Positions 46,387 through 55,722 of a DNA stretch of 64,000 bases are shown here, piece by piece; position 1 is the stretch's first letter; every line of letters begins with the position of its first letter. The position numbers and the translations under genes were made by a program. The notes beneath the pieces are model-generated. The model saw nothing but the letters and a program-made list of their open reading frames with translations, did not search any database and was not told the origin of the DNA. Source of the DNA: a virus; the IMG/VR virus record IMGVR_UViG_3300050011_000542, positions 31,217 to 95,216 of that record; one strand, 5' to 3'.

Positions 46387-46578
46387 TTGATGCCAGATGA
46401 ACCGGCCATGTTGTCCAGGTGGAAGCACCACAGCGGTAGAGAATACACGGTGTTGTTTCTCACCAATGAGCCAGACGGTGAGAAGTGTCCCCGGACAGTG
46501 GTGTATGAGGGCGATAACGGGAAGTTATGGTCTGGGCCGCTAAATGATTGGCATCGCAGGATGACGCTAATCGATTAG
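46387..46578 (+). CDS. DUF1653-like small protein
   Basis: WKHHSG-EYTV..VVYE..G-LW--PL. Confidence 0.65.
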   Translation: MMPDEPAMLSRWKHHSGREYTVLFLTNEPDGEKCPRTVVYEGDNGKLWSGPLNDWHRRMTLID

Positions 46579-46607
46579 TTGCAATCAATTGCACCAATGA
46601 GGGTGTT

Positions 46608-46721
46608 ATGTTTTATCTCGGAATTGTCTTTGTGGCCGCAGCTATTGTTGCCTTGAGTGTCGGTATAGGGTGGCTTATTCGCATAGCTTGCATTTTGCAC
46701 GACGAGGTGCACGGCAAGTGA
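46608..46721 (+). CDS. small membrane protein (37 aa, not in ORF track)
   Basis: Palindrome and hairpin RBS; single TM. Confidence 0.5.
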   Translation: MFYLGIVFVAAAIVALSVGIGWLIRIACILHDEVHGK

Positions 46722-46993
46722 TTAGCCCAGATATTCCTAATGCTATTTTCGAGGTAGCAGGTATCGGGGCGATTGCAGCCAACATTGCCCAGGTGCTTAA
46801 AGACAAGAAGGTACATGGTGTATCGCCCTGGGCAGTAGGCTTGTTCATGCTATGGGGTTGGTGGAATCTGTATTTCTACAGCGCCCTGGCCCAGGTATTC
46901 AGCTTTTATGTTTGCCTGTTAGGTTGTGTGTTATACGCTACCTATATCGGATTATTGCTCTATTACAGGGCTCGCCAGAACCAGGAGGGTTAA
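46718..46993 (+). CDS. PQ-loop/SemiSWEET-like membrane protein
   Basis: Three TMs; KDK-VHGVS..WG-WNLYFY. Confidence 0.55.
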   Translation: MISPDIPNAIFEVAGIGAIAANIAQVLKDKKVHGVSPWAVGLFMLWGWWNLYFYSALAQVFSFYVCLLGCVLYATYIGLLLYYRARQNQEG

Positions 46994-47211
46994 GGTGTCT
47001 ATTTCAGAAGTCAGCTTGCTCAGGGCAAGAGAGTTTCGTCGCCGGCAGCTTAGGTCGGGAGATACTGACTGGCACGAGGTCGCCCAGACCTTAGACATTG
47101 CCCAGAGAGAAGGCTACGACAGCGGGGTTAGCTGCGGATTTCAGTGGGGTGTGGTCATCGGGACTGTTGTCTGTCTGGGCGTGTATCTGCTCTATCATTT
47201 GGTGACATAGC

Positions 47212-47481
47212 ATGGCCAGGTACATGATATCGGGGCGATGGGCACACCTGCTGTTTACGCCTACCGAGAAAGACCCAGAGAGGGGCCTGGGCAGCATGTC
47301 CAAGCTATACACGGCTGACACGCCTCTGGACGCGGCCAGGCTGTTCTACGAGGATATGCAGGCCAGCTTCGAGGCCAAGACCACCAGGCTAAACCCCGGC
47401 AAGATGTTCGCAGCCATCGTAACCGAGTATGGTGTGCTGCCTCGAACCCCTGTCACGATACCGATAGCGGAGCTTGTTTAA
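47212..47481 (+). CDS. hypothetical protein
   Basis: Operon packing. Confidence 0.5.
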   Translation: MARYMISGRWAHLLFTPTEKDPERGLGSMSKLYTADTPLDAARLFYEDMQASFEAKTTRLNPGKMFAAIVTEYGVLPRTPVTIPIAELV

Positions 47482-47720
47482 TGGCAACGCTATTCAAGGT
47501 AGTCTGGGCTGATAGCAAGCTAGAAGTTTCTCACTTGCAGCTTCGTGAAATCGCCCTGAATCAGAAATGGGCTCAAGGACTATTGTACTGTGATATTGAC
47601 GGCTTCGCAGTAGATAAAGACGGCGTGCTTATGCTCTGTGACGACTGTGGCGTTGTCAGATATCCGCCAGAAGGCTTGTTCGAGATTATCTGGGCAAATG
47701 CAATCAATTGCACTGACTGA
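47481..47720 (+). CDS. hypothetical protein
   Basis: LYCDIDGFA..CDDCG motif. Confidence 0.6.
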   Translation: MATLFKVVWADSKLEVSHLQLREIALNQKWAQGLLYCDIDGFAVDKDGVLMLCDDCGVVRYPPEGLFEIIWANAINCTD

Positions 47721-47792
47721 CGCTTTTCTATTGTCACTGCCCCGGCATGATCTACGATAACCCTCGTAAACAAACCAATGAGGGTTGTAACC

Positions 47793-48950
47793 ATGACAGC
47801 ACCGAGGCCCACCTCTCTCGACACGTTCGCGGGGCAGGGCCACTTCATTCCAAACTTGCAGATCTTTGTTAAGTCTGCACGGATGCGCAAGAAAGCATTG
47901 GCGCATGTCCTATTGTCTGGGCCTCCGGGGCTGGGCAAGACCACGCTCGCAGCCATCATAGCCAATGAGCTGGGCGTGAAGATGCACAGCGTCATGGCCC
48001 CGAGCATTAAGAAGATCGATGATCTGATCTTCCAGCTGGGCAAGGTGCATGACCGTGACGTGCTGTTTATCGACGAGATCCACAGATTGCCAGCAGCTGT
48101 GTTTGAAATGCTGTTCGGGGCGATGGAGGATTTCCGGGTCGATGTAGCGCCAAGCGGCGAAGCAGGCGCCCAGGAGACCAATGTTCCACTGCCTCACTTT
48201 ACCCTGATCGGAGCTACCACGAGGTCAGGCGCCCTGCCCCAGCCAATGCGTGATCGCTTTGGCATTCAATTGCAGATGCAATTGTACGAGCTCGATGACC
48301 TGTGCAAGGTCGTGGTCCATGCAGCCCATGAAATGGGCGTGGTACTGGCCCCGGATGGTGTGGTCGAGGTAGCCCGGCGAGCTCGTGGCACGCCCCGCAT
48401 TGCCATCCAGCTTATCGATCGCCTGTTAGATTTCGCTATCGTGAAAGACTGGAAGATCGTGACCAGTGAGCATGTCGAGGAAACTACGACAGCCCTGGGC
48501 ATCGACGGCATCGGCCTCAACGCCATGGATAGGCGCTATCTGGCTTCCATGATCGAGTATTATCGGGGTGGCCCAGTCGGGCTTGAGACCATGGCCACAG
48601 TGCTCGGTGAACACAGGGATGTGGTCGAGTACACGATCGAGCCTTATCTGGTGCTGTCAGGGCTGCTAGGACGCGGCCCAGCGGGCCGACAGGTCACAGA
48701 GCATGGTTATGCTCACATGGGCCTGCAGGCCCCGGAAAACGCAACACAGCCCACAAAGACCCGGCTAGACGATCTAGTTATGCTCGAAGCCCAGGTAGTT
48801 AAGACCACAGCCAGCATGTTGGTGTTAGATTTCCCGATGAGAAAGGGTGTCTACCTGGAGAAATCCAAGCTTAAAGATCTGAAGATCGAGGGCGGCATCG
48901 CCCAGTTTGGATTAGCCAAGCAATATGTAAAGAGCAACCAGCTGCACTAG
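47793..48950 (+). CDS. ruvB: Holliday junction branch-migration helicase RuvB with extra C-terminal beta domain
   Basis: RP-SL--F-GQ, HVLLSGPPGLGKTT, LFIDEIHRL, FTLIGATTR, RGTPRIA, GGPVGL, IEPYL. Confidence 0.95.
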   Translation: MTAPRPTSLDTFAGQGHFIPNLQIFVKSARMRKKALAHVLLSGPPGLGKTTLAAIIANELGVKMHSVMAPSIKKIDDLIFQLGKVHDRDVLFIDEIHRLPAAVFEMLFGAMEDFRVDVAPSGEAGAQETNVPLPHFTLIGATTRSGALPQPMRDRFGIQLQMQLYELDDLCKVVVHAAHEMGVVLAPDGVVEVARRARGTPRIAIQLIDRLLDFAIVKDWKIVTSEHVEETTTALGIDGIGLNAMDRRYLASMIEYYRGGPVGLETMATVLGEHRDVVEYTIEPYLVLSGLLGRGPAGRQVTEHGYAHMGLQAPENATQPTKTRLDDLVMLEAQVVKTTASMLVLDFPMRKGVYLEKSKLKDLKIEGGIAQFGLAKQYVKSNQLH

Positions 48951-48957
48951 GGGGGGT

Positions 48958-49152
48958 GTGATGTCTTGGATGAGGCACCCTAAGACCACGCAAGAGCGTC
49001 GTCGATGGTATGCTGATCTGGGCTTGGCTAAGCTGCGTCGAGCCAGGAGTAGCTGTGCTCTACCGGAAGCCTGGGACGATATGTTTCGGAGAGTACAGAG
49101 GTCTTGGAAAGAACAGCGGCGCTTGAAGTGGAGACGCATTAAGAAGATGTGA
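48958..49152 (+). CDS. basic hypothetical phage protein
   Basis: LP--WDD..RSWK--R motif. Confidence 0.6.
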   Translation: MMSWMRHPKTTQERRRWYADLGLAKLRRARSSCALPEAWDDMFRRVQRSWKEQRRLKWRRIKKM

Positions 49153-49216
49153 TTTTGCAATCAATTGCAATCGCCCCGGTCTATGTTATTATAAGTAAGT
49201 AACCAAGGAGGGTGTT

Positions 49217-49333
49217 ATGAAGAACTTGTTCAAGTTAAATTCAGTATGGGTTATAGGCTTAGGTAGCCTGGGCATGTGGTATCTGATGTTTAAGGCCGGG
49301 CAAGCTGTGTTCCAGGCCATCCACGGAGGCTGA
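49217..49333 (+). CDS. small membrane protein (38 aa, not in ORF track)
   Basis: Promoter at 49165 and hairpin RBS. Confidence 0.5.
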   Translation: MKNLFKLNSVWVIGLGSLGMWYLMFKAGQAVFQAIHGG

Positions 49334-49334
49334 T

Positions 49335-49601
49335 ATGAAAGTACAATGGGACGAAAACGATGTCCTGCCTGGGCGACAGGTAAGAAAGCCAGGGACGCAC
49401 GAGGTCTGCATCATTGGTTTTAATCCGTGTGTGACCGCAGGCTCTTATCAGAAATGGGCTGTGATTAGCCTTGCTGATGGTATGATTATCCGCAACAATT
49501 GCACTAAGACTCAGCTTGTCGAGTACCTGAACGAGAATGTTTCGATGCCAGTTGAACTGCTTGATGAGAAGGGAAGGATCAAAGGCCACGAGCAGGAGTA
49601 A
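49335..49601 (+). CDS. hypothetical protein
   Basis: GGAGG RBS. Confidence 0.6.
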   Translation: MKVQWDENDVLPGRQVRKPGTHEVCIIGFNPCVTAGSYQKWAVISLADGMIIRNNCTKTQLVEYLNENVSMPVELLDEKGRIKGHEQE

Positions 49602-49606
49602 AGAAT

Positions 49607-49846
49607 ATGCCCCGATTTAATAGCCTTCAAGAAATAATAAGCCATATAGAAGGCAAGTACACTGACATGATCTATGTCGGTAAGGACTATACGATTGCTG
49701 ATCTGGTCGGGGATTTGCAATCAATTGCAGCAAAGATAGGTACACCGATTGGCCATCAGGGCATTTGGCAACGTATACGCCCGACCAAGGTAGTTCCAGT
49801 ATCAAGCCAGTCTGCATGGCCCAGGTACGTCCCCATTAAAGAATGA
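49607..49846 (+). CDS. hypothetical protein
   Basis: AGGAG RBS. Confidence 0.5.
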   Translation: MPRFNSLQEIISHIEGKYTDMIYVGKDYTIADLVGDLQSIAAKIGTPIGHQGIWQRIRPTKVVPVSSQSAWPRYVPIKE

Positions 49847-49943
49847 CAGTATGCACGTAGGGTAGTCTATTTCCCTGTCCTGGCCCCGGCTCTCTGTTAC
49901 GATCGTAACTGTTAAACAAATTCTCTCACCAAGGATGGTTGCT

Positions 49944-50318
49944 ATGACCCACACCAGCCCAGAAGATGTTGCTCGCTACCTGGAACGCGAAGTCACGGGA
50001 TTGCAAGCCCAGCTAGACAAGTGGGCAGCGGAGTTTGCCACGAACCCGGCTTATGCCCTGCGCTGGTCAGACAGCATGTTCATGATTGCGGCAGAGGTCG
50101 AGCTTAAAAGCGGCTTGGCCAAGTTTTTGAAGGGCGAAGTTGTCCCAGCCTTCAAAGGCGATCGTCTTGCTTGTGTTCGTGAAGAGCTGACCAAGGATGT
50201 CATGCGGGCTGCTCTGTATCAGAAATGGTCTTCGACATCGGTCGGGGCCAATCTCATGGAAGAATGCCAGAGAGTAGCAAAAGCCCAGCTGCTCGAACTG
50301 CTCGACCGCAAGCTTTAG
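49944..50318 (+). CDS. hypothetical protein
   Basis: Promoter-like TACGAT and hairpin RBS; SSTS--ANL motif. Confidence 0.65.
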   Translation: MTHTSPEDVARYLEREVTGLQAQLDKWAAEFATNPAYALRWSDSMFMIAAEVELKSGLAKFLKGEVVPAFKGDRLACVREELTKDVMRAALYQKWSSTSVGANLMEECQRVAKAQLLELLDRKL

Positions 50319-50348
50319 CTGCAATCAGTTTCATCAAGGAAGGCTGCC

Positions 50349-50552
50349 ATGTCTAAGAAGATGCACTACCGAGCAATGATCACCTGGTCAAATGGTCAGA
50401 AGGACATTATTGACGACAGCTGGCCGGATATGGAGTCGGCTGTCCTAGGCGTGCAGAAGTACATATCCGGCCAGGTACTGAAACTGTGCTGTACCAACCT
50501 GCAAGGAGAAATCTACACAGTGACTGGCTTAGAGGTGTTCCAGCAGGTTTAG
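50349..50552 (+). CDS. hypothetical protein flanked by palindromes
   Basis: Palindromes at 50320 and 50557. Confidence 0.6.
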   Translation: MSKKMHYRAMITWSNGQKDIIDDSWPDMESAVLGVQKYISGQVLKLCCTNLQGEIYTVTGLEVFQQV

Positions 50553-50585
50553 TTTTTGCAATCAATTGCAACGGAGTGCAGTAAG

Positions 50586-50768
50586 ATGAAATTCCTGGTC
50601 AGGGCCACTGTCGAATGTGAAATCGAGGCCGATAGCCTTGAAGCAGCTTACGACAAGATCCACGAAATGACCGTGTTCGATATGCTCGACATCAATGGTT
50701 CATATGTCTACGGCGAGCACGTCGCTGACCCAGACACAGGCAATGAGATTCCTGATCCGAAGGCGTAG
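50586..50768 (+). CDS. hypothetical protein
   Basis: EIEADSLEAA phage motif; hairpin RBS. Confidence 0.6.
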   Translation: MKFLVRATVECEIEADSLEAAYDKIHEMTVFDMLDINGSYVYGEHVADPDTGNEIPDPKA

Positions 50769-50927
50769 TCATGGACAAGCCCAGACCTAAAAAGCCCTGG
50801 CGTGGTATACAAGAAAATAACCTTGTCTATAAGCACCCTGTCAGACAAGTCGAGGATCAAGCCCAGTATGCCCGTGAGCGTATGCTCTGGGAGACTCACT
50901 GGTCTGCAATCGCCCCGAGGAAGTAAT

Positions 50928-51194
50928 ATGGCCCACGGCATTATCAAGGTTCAGAAGCAGCGATGCTCTACCTGCATATACCGCAAGGACAGCACGCTCG
51001 ACCTCGCCCAGTTAGAAGATCAAGTCAGAGACAAGCATATGGGCTTCGAAGGCTATCGCGCCTGCCACCATGCCCAAAAGGGTGATGTGTGTTGTCGAGG
51101 TTTCTGGGAAAAGCACCGTGATGAATTTGCCCTGGGCCAGATCGCCCAGAGACTGAACATGGTTGAGTTCGTAACAGTGGATGACCTGACGTGA
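50928..51194 (+). CDS. Cys/His-rich hypothetical protein
   Basis: CSTC, CHH, CCRGF. Confidence 0.65.
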   Translation: MAHGIIKVQKQRCSTCIYRKDSTLDLAQLEDQVRDKHMGFEGYRACHHAQKGDVCCRGFWEKHRDEFALGQIAQRLNMVEFVTVDDLT

Positions 51195-51379
51195 ACAACG
51201 AACGTCGTAAGCAGCTACGCGAAGCCACGCGCTTTATTGCCGAGGCCAGACAGCTACTCGAAACCGCCCAGGCAGAAGAAAGCAATGATGACGCTGTAGA
51301 CTTCCTAGAGAGAGCCATCGACTCTCTTGAAGAAGCAGTTATGTCTATCGAGGATGCCAGTAAGATCGGCCAGAAGTAG
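51191..51379 (+). CDS. hypothetical coiled-coil protein
   Basis: MNNERRKQL phage motif. Confidence 0.65.
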   Translation: MNNERRKQLREATRFIAEARQLLETAQAEESNDDAVDFLERAIDSLEEAVMSIEDASKIGQK

Positions 51380-51388
51380 AGCCCAGGC

Positions 51389-51625
51389 ATGCTGACGATG
51401 TTTCACTTTGTCGGGTTCAGAGGTGAAGAGTATTGGTCAGCTGTAAAGGTCTGGGGCTTGCCAGATTTTTATCATCGTGTCTGGGACATGCGAGCCCAGC
51501 GAGAAATCGCCGATCATGATACAGTGGTCTTTGCCAAGTATGACCCCGATAAGCCATCACGATTTAACTACGATGACAGCAATGAAGATGACGATCCAGC
51601 AGCCCAGGAAAGGCGAGCATCATGA
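51389..51625 (+). CDS. hypothetical protein
   Basis: HFVGFRG-EY-SAV-VWG-PDF-H--WD-RA motif. Confidence 0.65.
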   Translation: MLTMFHFVGFRGEEYWSAVKVWGLPDFYHRVWDMRAQREIADHDTVVFAKYDPDKPSRFNYDDSNEDDDPAAQERRAS

Positions 51626-51876
51626 ATGACGCCCAGGTTAAGAGAGCCCAGGAGATAGCTGTAAAGGTACAGCTACTGCATCTCGAACTGTTTGCTATGG
51701 GCTTGCCAGCAACAGCAAGGCGTATGGCCTTGGTCAATGAGAGACTGGGTTACGAGCTCGCTGAAAAAATGGCCCAGAGTGGTCTAGTAGGTAAGGAAGA
51801 AAAGAAACGCAGAGAGCGTCATGCCAAGTTCGACGAGCGTGAAGCCGATCGCTTAGCGGAGATAAGCAATGCCTAA
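51622..51876 (+). CDS. hypothetical protein
   Basis: ATGA coupling. Confidence 0.55.
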   Translation: MNDAQVKRAQEIAVKVQLLHLELFAMGLPATARRMALVNERLGYELAEKMAQSGLVGKEEKKRRERHAKFDEREADRLAEISNA

Positions 51877-52099
51877 GTTCACGTTTGCGGTCGGGGTTTG
51901 GCAAACACGTCACGTCACTGTGTTTGCAGCCAGCTACGAAACATCAGTGATGAATGCTCGCAGGGAGCTAGATAACCGAGCTCATAGATCGGGGCGAGAA
52001 GCTCCGGTTGCTTGGGATCTAACCCTGACTCATGTTGACGGCAAGCCCTGTACCAAGACCGAGTATCTAGCGCGTGTAGAGGACCAGCAATGCCCGTAG
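51869..52099 (+). CDS. hypothetical protein
   Basis: Overlapping start; GGAG RBS. Confidence 0.5.
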   Translation: MPKFTFAVGVWQTRHVTVFAASYETSVMNARRELDNRAHRSGREAPVAWDLTLTHVDGKPCTKTEYLARVEDQQCP

Positions 52100-52922
52100 A
52101 TAGCCCAGGCACTACCGACACCCTCCTGTCTAAACCATGTCTATGCAAGCTGTCTAAGCTGTCTATAGACGGGTTAGTTGTCCCGGCCTATATCCTTATC
52201 GGCCCAGGCCAGGGCTATGTTCATAGTTTCCTTGGCTATAAGCCTGTAATATCAGGGCGCGTAACCGTGTATCCTGACCCAGCCTAAAAAGCCCAGGTGT
52301 CCTGCCCAGCCCAGACACTATGAAACGCATGACCTGACCAGATAGAAGGCAGTAAGACGACATTAGACAAAAACCTTTTTGCAACCACTTGCACTGGCCC
52401 AGCCCAGCCCAGATTATATGAACTGATGTTATGGACCTGGCCCCGGAAGCTATCCGATCAAGAAGGGTATAAGCACCTATAAGCCCTACTTCCAGATAAG
52501 GAAGAAGGATTATGTAAGGAAGGATAGCTGCGTACTAGCTTAGTAGGGAGTAGCTGTATCCCGCTTCCTGTAGCCAAGAACCGCCCAGCCCGCCTCTTGT
52601 TATGCTGGAGCTCGCCGATTTCCCGCCGGCGCTTTAGACATAAGCCATCCAACACCCTTGTAAGCCGCAGAAGATAAGGGTTTTTCACATGTTTGAAGAC
52701 CCTGCAGATTTCTGCATGACGCATGCATGTAGGCGATCACACTGCAATTGATTGCAGCAGCTCGGTGATAGGACGCTCCTCGATCATCGTACCAGACTGA
52801 AAGCCGCTGCCGAAAGCTGCACCTATGCCTTGCAGAATTCTGCACATGACTAAACAACATGACTCTTGGTGTCGGGGCGCGCTATAGTTTTACTGCAATC
52901 AATTGCACCAAGGAGGGTGGTC

Positions 52923-53216
52923 ATGTCCAGCTTTGATAGCTTGTACGAGGTCCAGCAGAAGTTCGAAGATCAGATCGAGGTATGTCTGACCGTGACCGAG
53001 GGTATGACCAGATGGCAAGCCCATCGGGTATGTGCCTGGGTGGTTGACCATTATGGTGATCTTGATGGGAAGTTTAACCCGAAGCTCCTGGGCGCCTATG
53101 TGACAGCCTGGCGCGAGCATGACGGTTATGCCCATGCCAGACTGGCGTGCCCCGAGATCGCCCCGGTCGCCAGCATGAACAACCAAGACCCCGGAGACCA
53201 GTGGTATAGGGCGTAG
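52923..53216 (+). CDS. hypothetical protein flanked by palindromes
   Basis: Palindrome and hairpin RBS at 52894; next palindrome at 53221. Confidence 0.65.
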   Translation: MSSFDSLYEVQQKFEDQIEVCLTVTEGMTRWQAHRVCAWVVDHYGDLDGKFNPKLLGAYVTAWREHDGYAHARLACPEIAPVASMNNQDPGDQWYRA

Positions 53217-53248
53217 TTACTGCAATCAATTGCAACAAGGAGGTTGCT

Positions 53249-53422
53249 ATGAAAACCGGATGGTATGTGCTGCTCCGAGAGCAAGAAGATGACTTCACGG
53301 CCTTGTCTGGGTGCTGGTCGAGCCGTGACATGGCCAGCGAGGAGAAGCGCCAGTACGATCTCGAAAGTCGTCGCAATATGATCGTTCGACGCTGGGACGG
53401 GGCAGGCTGGGTGACTGAGTAG
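53249..53422 (+). CDS. hypothetical protein (57 aa, not in ORF track)
   Basis: Hairpin RBS GCAAC-AAGGAG-GTTGC. Confidence 0.55.
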   Translation: MKTGWYVLLREQEDDFTALSGCWSSRDMASEEKRQYDLESRRNMIVRRWDGAGWVTE

Positions 53423-53537
53423 CATGCCCAGGGCATGATCGGTTAGCATGCTCCGCATGACAAACTAACAGTTCTCTGCCCCGAGCTTTCAGGTACGATA
53501 GTAAGGGTCAAAACAAACACACACCACGGAGGGTGCT

Positions 53538-54035
53538 ATGACTGCCAACCAAGCTCAGACCAAGATGTACGCGACACAGGCCATTGCTCTGGGCCAGATG
53601 ACCAAGCTCACCAAGAAGACCGGCCTGATGCACGAAGTCGTGATGGGCACCCAGGTAGACGGAGCCAACTGGGAGGTTCGCCCCGTGTGCGAGAAAGCCC
53701 ACAACATCGGCCGAGCCCAGCTGCTTATGTCAGAGCCAGTGCAATCGATTGCACCAGCCTTCGAGTCGACAGAGCCACACCTGCAGTATGGCCCAGCCCA
53801 GCCCAGCCCAAGTCAGAGCAGCCGTGACAGGATGATCCAAGTCACCGGCACCGTGGTCAAGAACCTGACCAAAATGGTGGTTGTGGACTTCAGTGACAGA
53901 AAGGGTGTCTATCTGGAGCACCGCCTGATCGATGAGATCTGGGCGCCCTCCTGGCAGCCCAGTGAGCAGGTGTCATTCAAGCTCAAAGCTAAGTATGTCA
54001 AGTCCAATGGCCTCGTGAGCTTCCTGGCCGCATAA
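53538..54035 (+). CDS. protein carrying the shared C-terminal beta domain
   Basis: GTVVKNLTKMVVVDFSDRKGVYLE...KYVKSNGL. Confidence 0.7.
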   Translation: MTANQAQTKMYATQAIALGQMTKLTKKTGLMHEVVMGTQVDGANWEVRPVCEKAHNIGRAQLLMSEPVQSIAPAFESTEPHLQYGPAQPSPSQSSRDRMIQVTGTVVKNLTKMVVVDFSDRKGVYLEHRLIDEIWAPSWQPSEQVSFKLKAKYVKSNGLVSFLAA

Positions 54036-54314
54036 GCCCAGATAAGTCACAAGCATAAAGGCAAGGCCCAGCATGGAGGACTGGGCCATTTGCCATGTTT
54101 AGTCACCATGCTTGTTAGGCTGTTATGACACGGCCCAGAAAGCCCAGTTTGGGTCCGATCGTACACGTACGTAGTAGACCGACCAGGGCACCCTGATATA
54201 GCCTATCCACCATGTCATGTAAGTATGTCACTCATGTCATGGTAGCTATATACAGGCCCAGGCCCTCAGATAGACTCGTAACTGTCACCAATCACCCAGC
54301 CCAGGAGCCCAGCC

Positions 54315-54512
54315 ATGACCAAGAATAAAGCCCCGATCCTGACCCCGGCCCAGGCAGAAGTTATCACTTACCTGCTCAAGGTAGGCATCAACAGTGACCA
54401 GGCTTGCCTCACTCCCTGCCAGCGCCAGCTCGCCATACAAGCACTAGAGGCTGTCGAGTACGCCTCTGACAGCAAGTCCGACGCTTGGTCGCCCACCCAC
54501 TCAAGCATATAA
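54315..54512 (+). CDS. hypothetical protein
   Basis: AGGAG RBS; LTP-Q repeats. Confidence 0.45.
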   Translation: MTKNKAPILTPAQAEVITYLLKVGINSDQACLTPCQRQLAIQALEAVEYASDSKSDAWSPTHSSI

Positions 54513-54851
54513 GACGAAGACGAAAGCACATAATCATAAGTAAAGCCCAGGCACCCCGCCTACGTATAAGCCATGCAATTTCGATCACTGCCTGACGCAA
54601 GGAGATCCGCTATGTCGGGCGTACCGGCGGTTTTGTACCCGGTTTTAGACACCCCCAAAATTTTCGGATTTTTCGCCTAACTTTTTTGAAGACAATTTTT
54701 ATGCGGAGACTAATGCCTGTATTATCCGCACTATCGCGTACCTGAGATACGAGATAGTCAGGACAGCACCCACGCCATATTCGCTTTTTACTTTGTTTTA
54801 TAGCGGCCTCTGCTACCATCGCCTTATGTAAATACCCACCAGGAGGGTGTA

Positions 54852-55103
54852 GTGCCTCTATACAGCATAGACATTAAGGTAGCTGCTACGGCCTATATAA
54901 AGGCCGACAGCAAGAAAGCGGCTCTTAAAAAAGCTAAGTGGCTGCGCCTACTGGCCCTAGAGCTTAAACCAGACGATAATCAGGAAGTGCCCATTTGCGG
55001 CCTAAAGTTCGATGACCACGACCTTCCCGAAGTGTCTCTGTCTCCCGCCATGACCTTGCATGGTCCCTTTAGGGGTAGCACCATCGAGCTGGTCGAGGAC
55101 TAA
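54852..55103 (+). CDS. hypothetical protein
   Basis: Promoter and hairpin RBS; LSPAMT--GP motif. Confidence 0.65.
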   Translation: MPLYSIDIKVAATAYIKADSKKAALKKAKWLRLLALELKPDDNQEVPICGLKFDDHDLPEVSLSPAMTLHGPFRGSTIELVED

Positions 55104-55151
55104 CCGCTGCAATTCATTGCACTAAGCCGTAGCTTAACCAGGAGGGTATAG

Positions 55152-55448
55152 ATGACAACCCCAGACGCGACCCGCGCCGCACCTGACGCGAGCGACCGTG
55201 ACAAGGCGTTTTCGGTTGCTGTCGAGTTGGAGCGGTTAGGGCGGCATTATAGCGATGGTGAGGATATTTCGGTAATCGAGATTAGAATCGGACGCCTGAT
55301 AACCGTACTCGAATCCACCCTCGCCTCCGTCCGCACCACCTCCTATCGCGATGGCTACGACGCGGCGATCAAGACGCTGCGGGAGCGAGGCTGGCCGTCT
55401 GCCGCTGACTGCCTCGAAAGAAACCGCGACCACCAGGAGGGTAATTAA
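55152..55448 (+). CDS. hypothetical protein
   Basis: Hairpin RBS. Confidence 0.55.
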   Translation: MTTPDATRAAPDASDRDKAFSVAVELERLGRHYSDGEDISVIEIRIGRLITVLESTLASVRTTSYRDGYDAAIKTLRERGWPSAADCLERNRDHQEGN

Positions 55449-55449
55449 G

Positions 55450-55722
55450 ATGCTGTCAGTTTACAAATACCAAGTGCCCCTCGCAGACACTTTTTCGCTG
55501 GCCCTACCGCAGGGAGCTATCCCATTTTGCATGAAGGAGCAAAGGGGCTTGCTGATGCTGTGGTGCTTGGTAGATCCTGATATGCCAGGCTGGTGTAGAG
55601 CCTTTCGCCTTTCTGGCACTGGCCACACTATCGAGCAATCAGCCGACCAGCTAAAATACATAGACAGCGTGTCGCTGAACAATGGAGAGCTGGTGTTTCA
55701 TCTGTTCGAGATCGTAGCATGA
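55450..55722 (+). CDS. conserved small phage protein
   Basis: VYKY..LPQGA..LW-LVDP..GTGH..VFHLFE. Confidence 0.7.
   Translation: MLSVYKYQVPLADTFSLALPQGAIPFCMKEQRGLLMLWCLVDPDMPGWCRAFRLSGTGHTIEQSADQLKYIDSVSLNNGELVFHLFEIVA

Noticed and set aside
48780-48950. Shared beta domain (MLVL..LKIEGGIAQFGL) as a CsrA homolog
   Set aside because: Resemblance is superficial; the CsrA Arg6, the G..AP turn and the HREE/Arg44 motif are missing.
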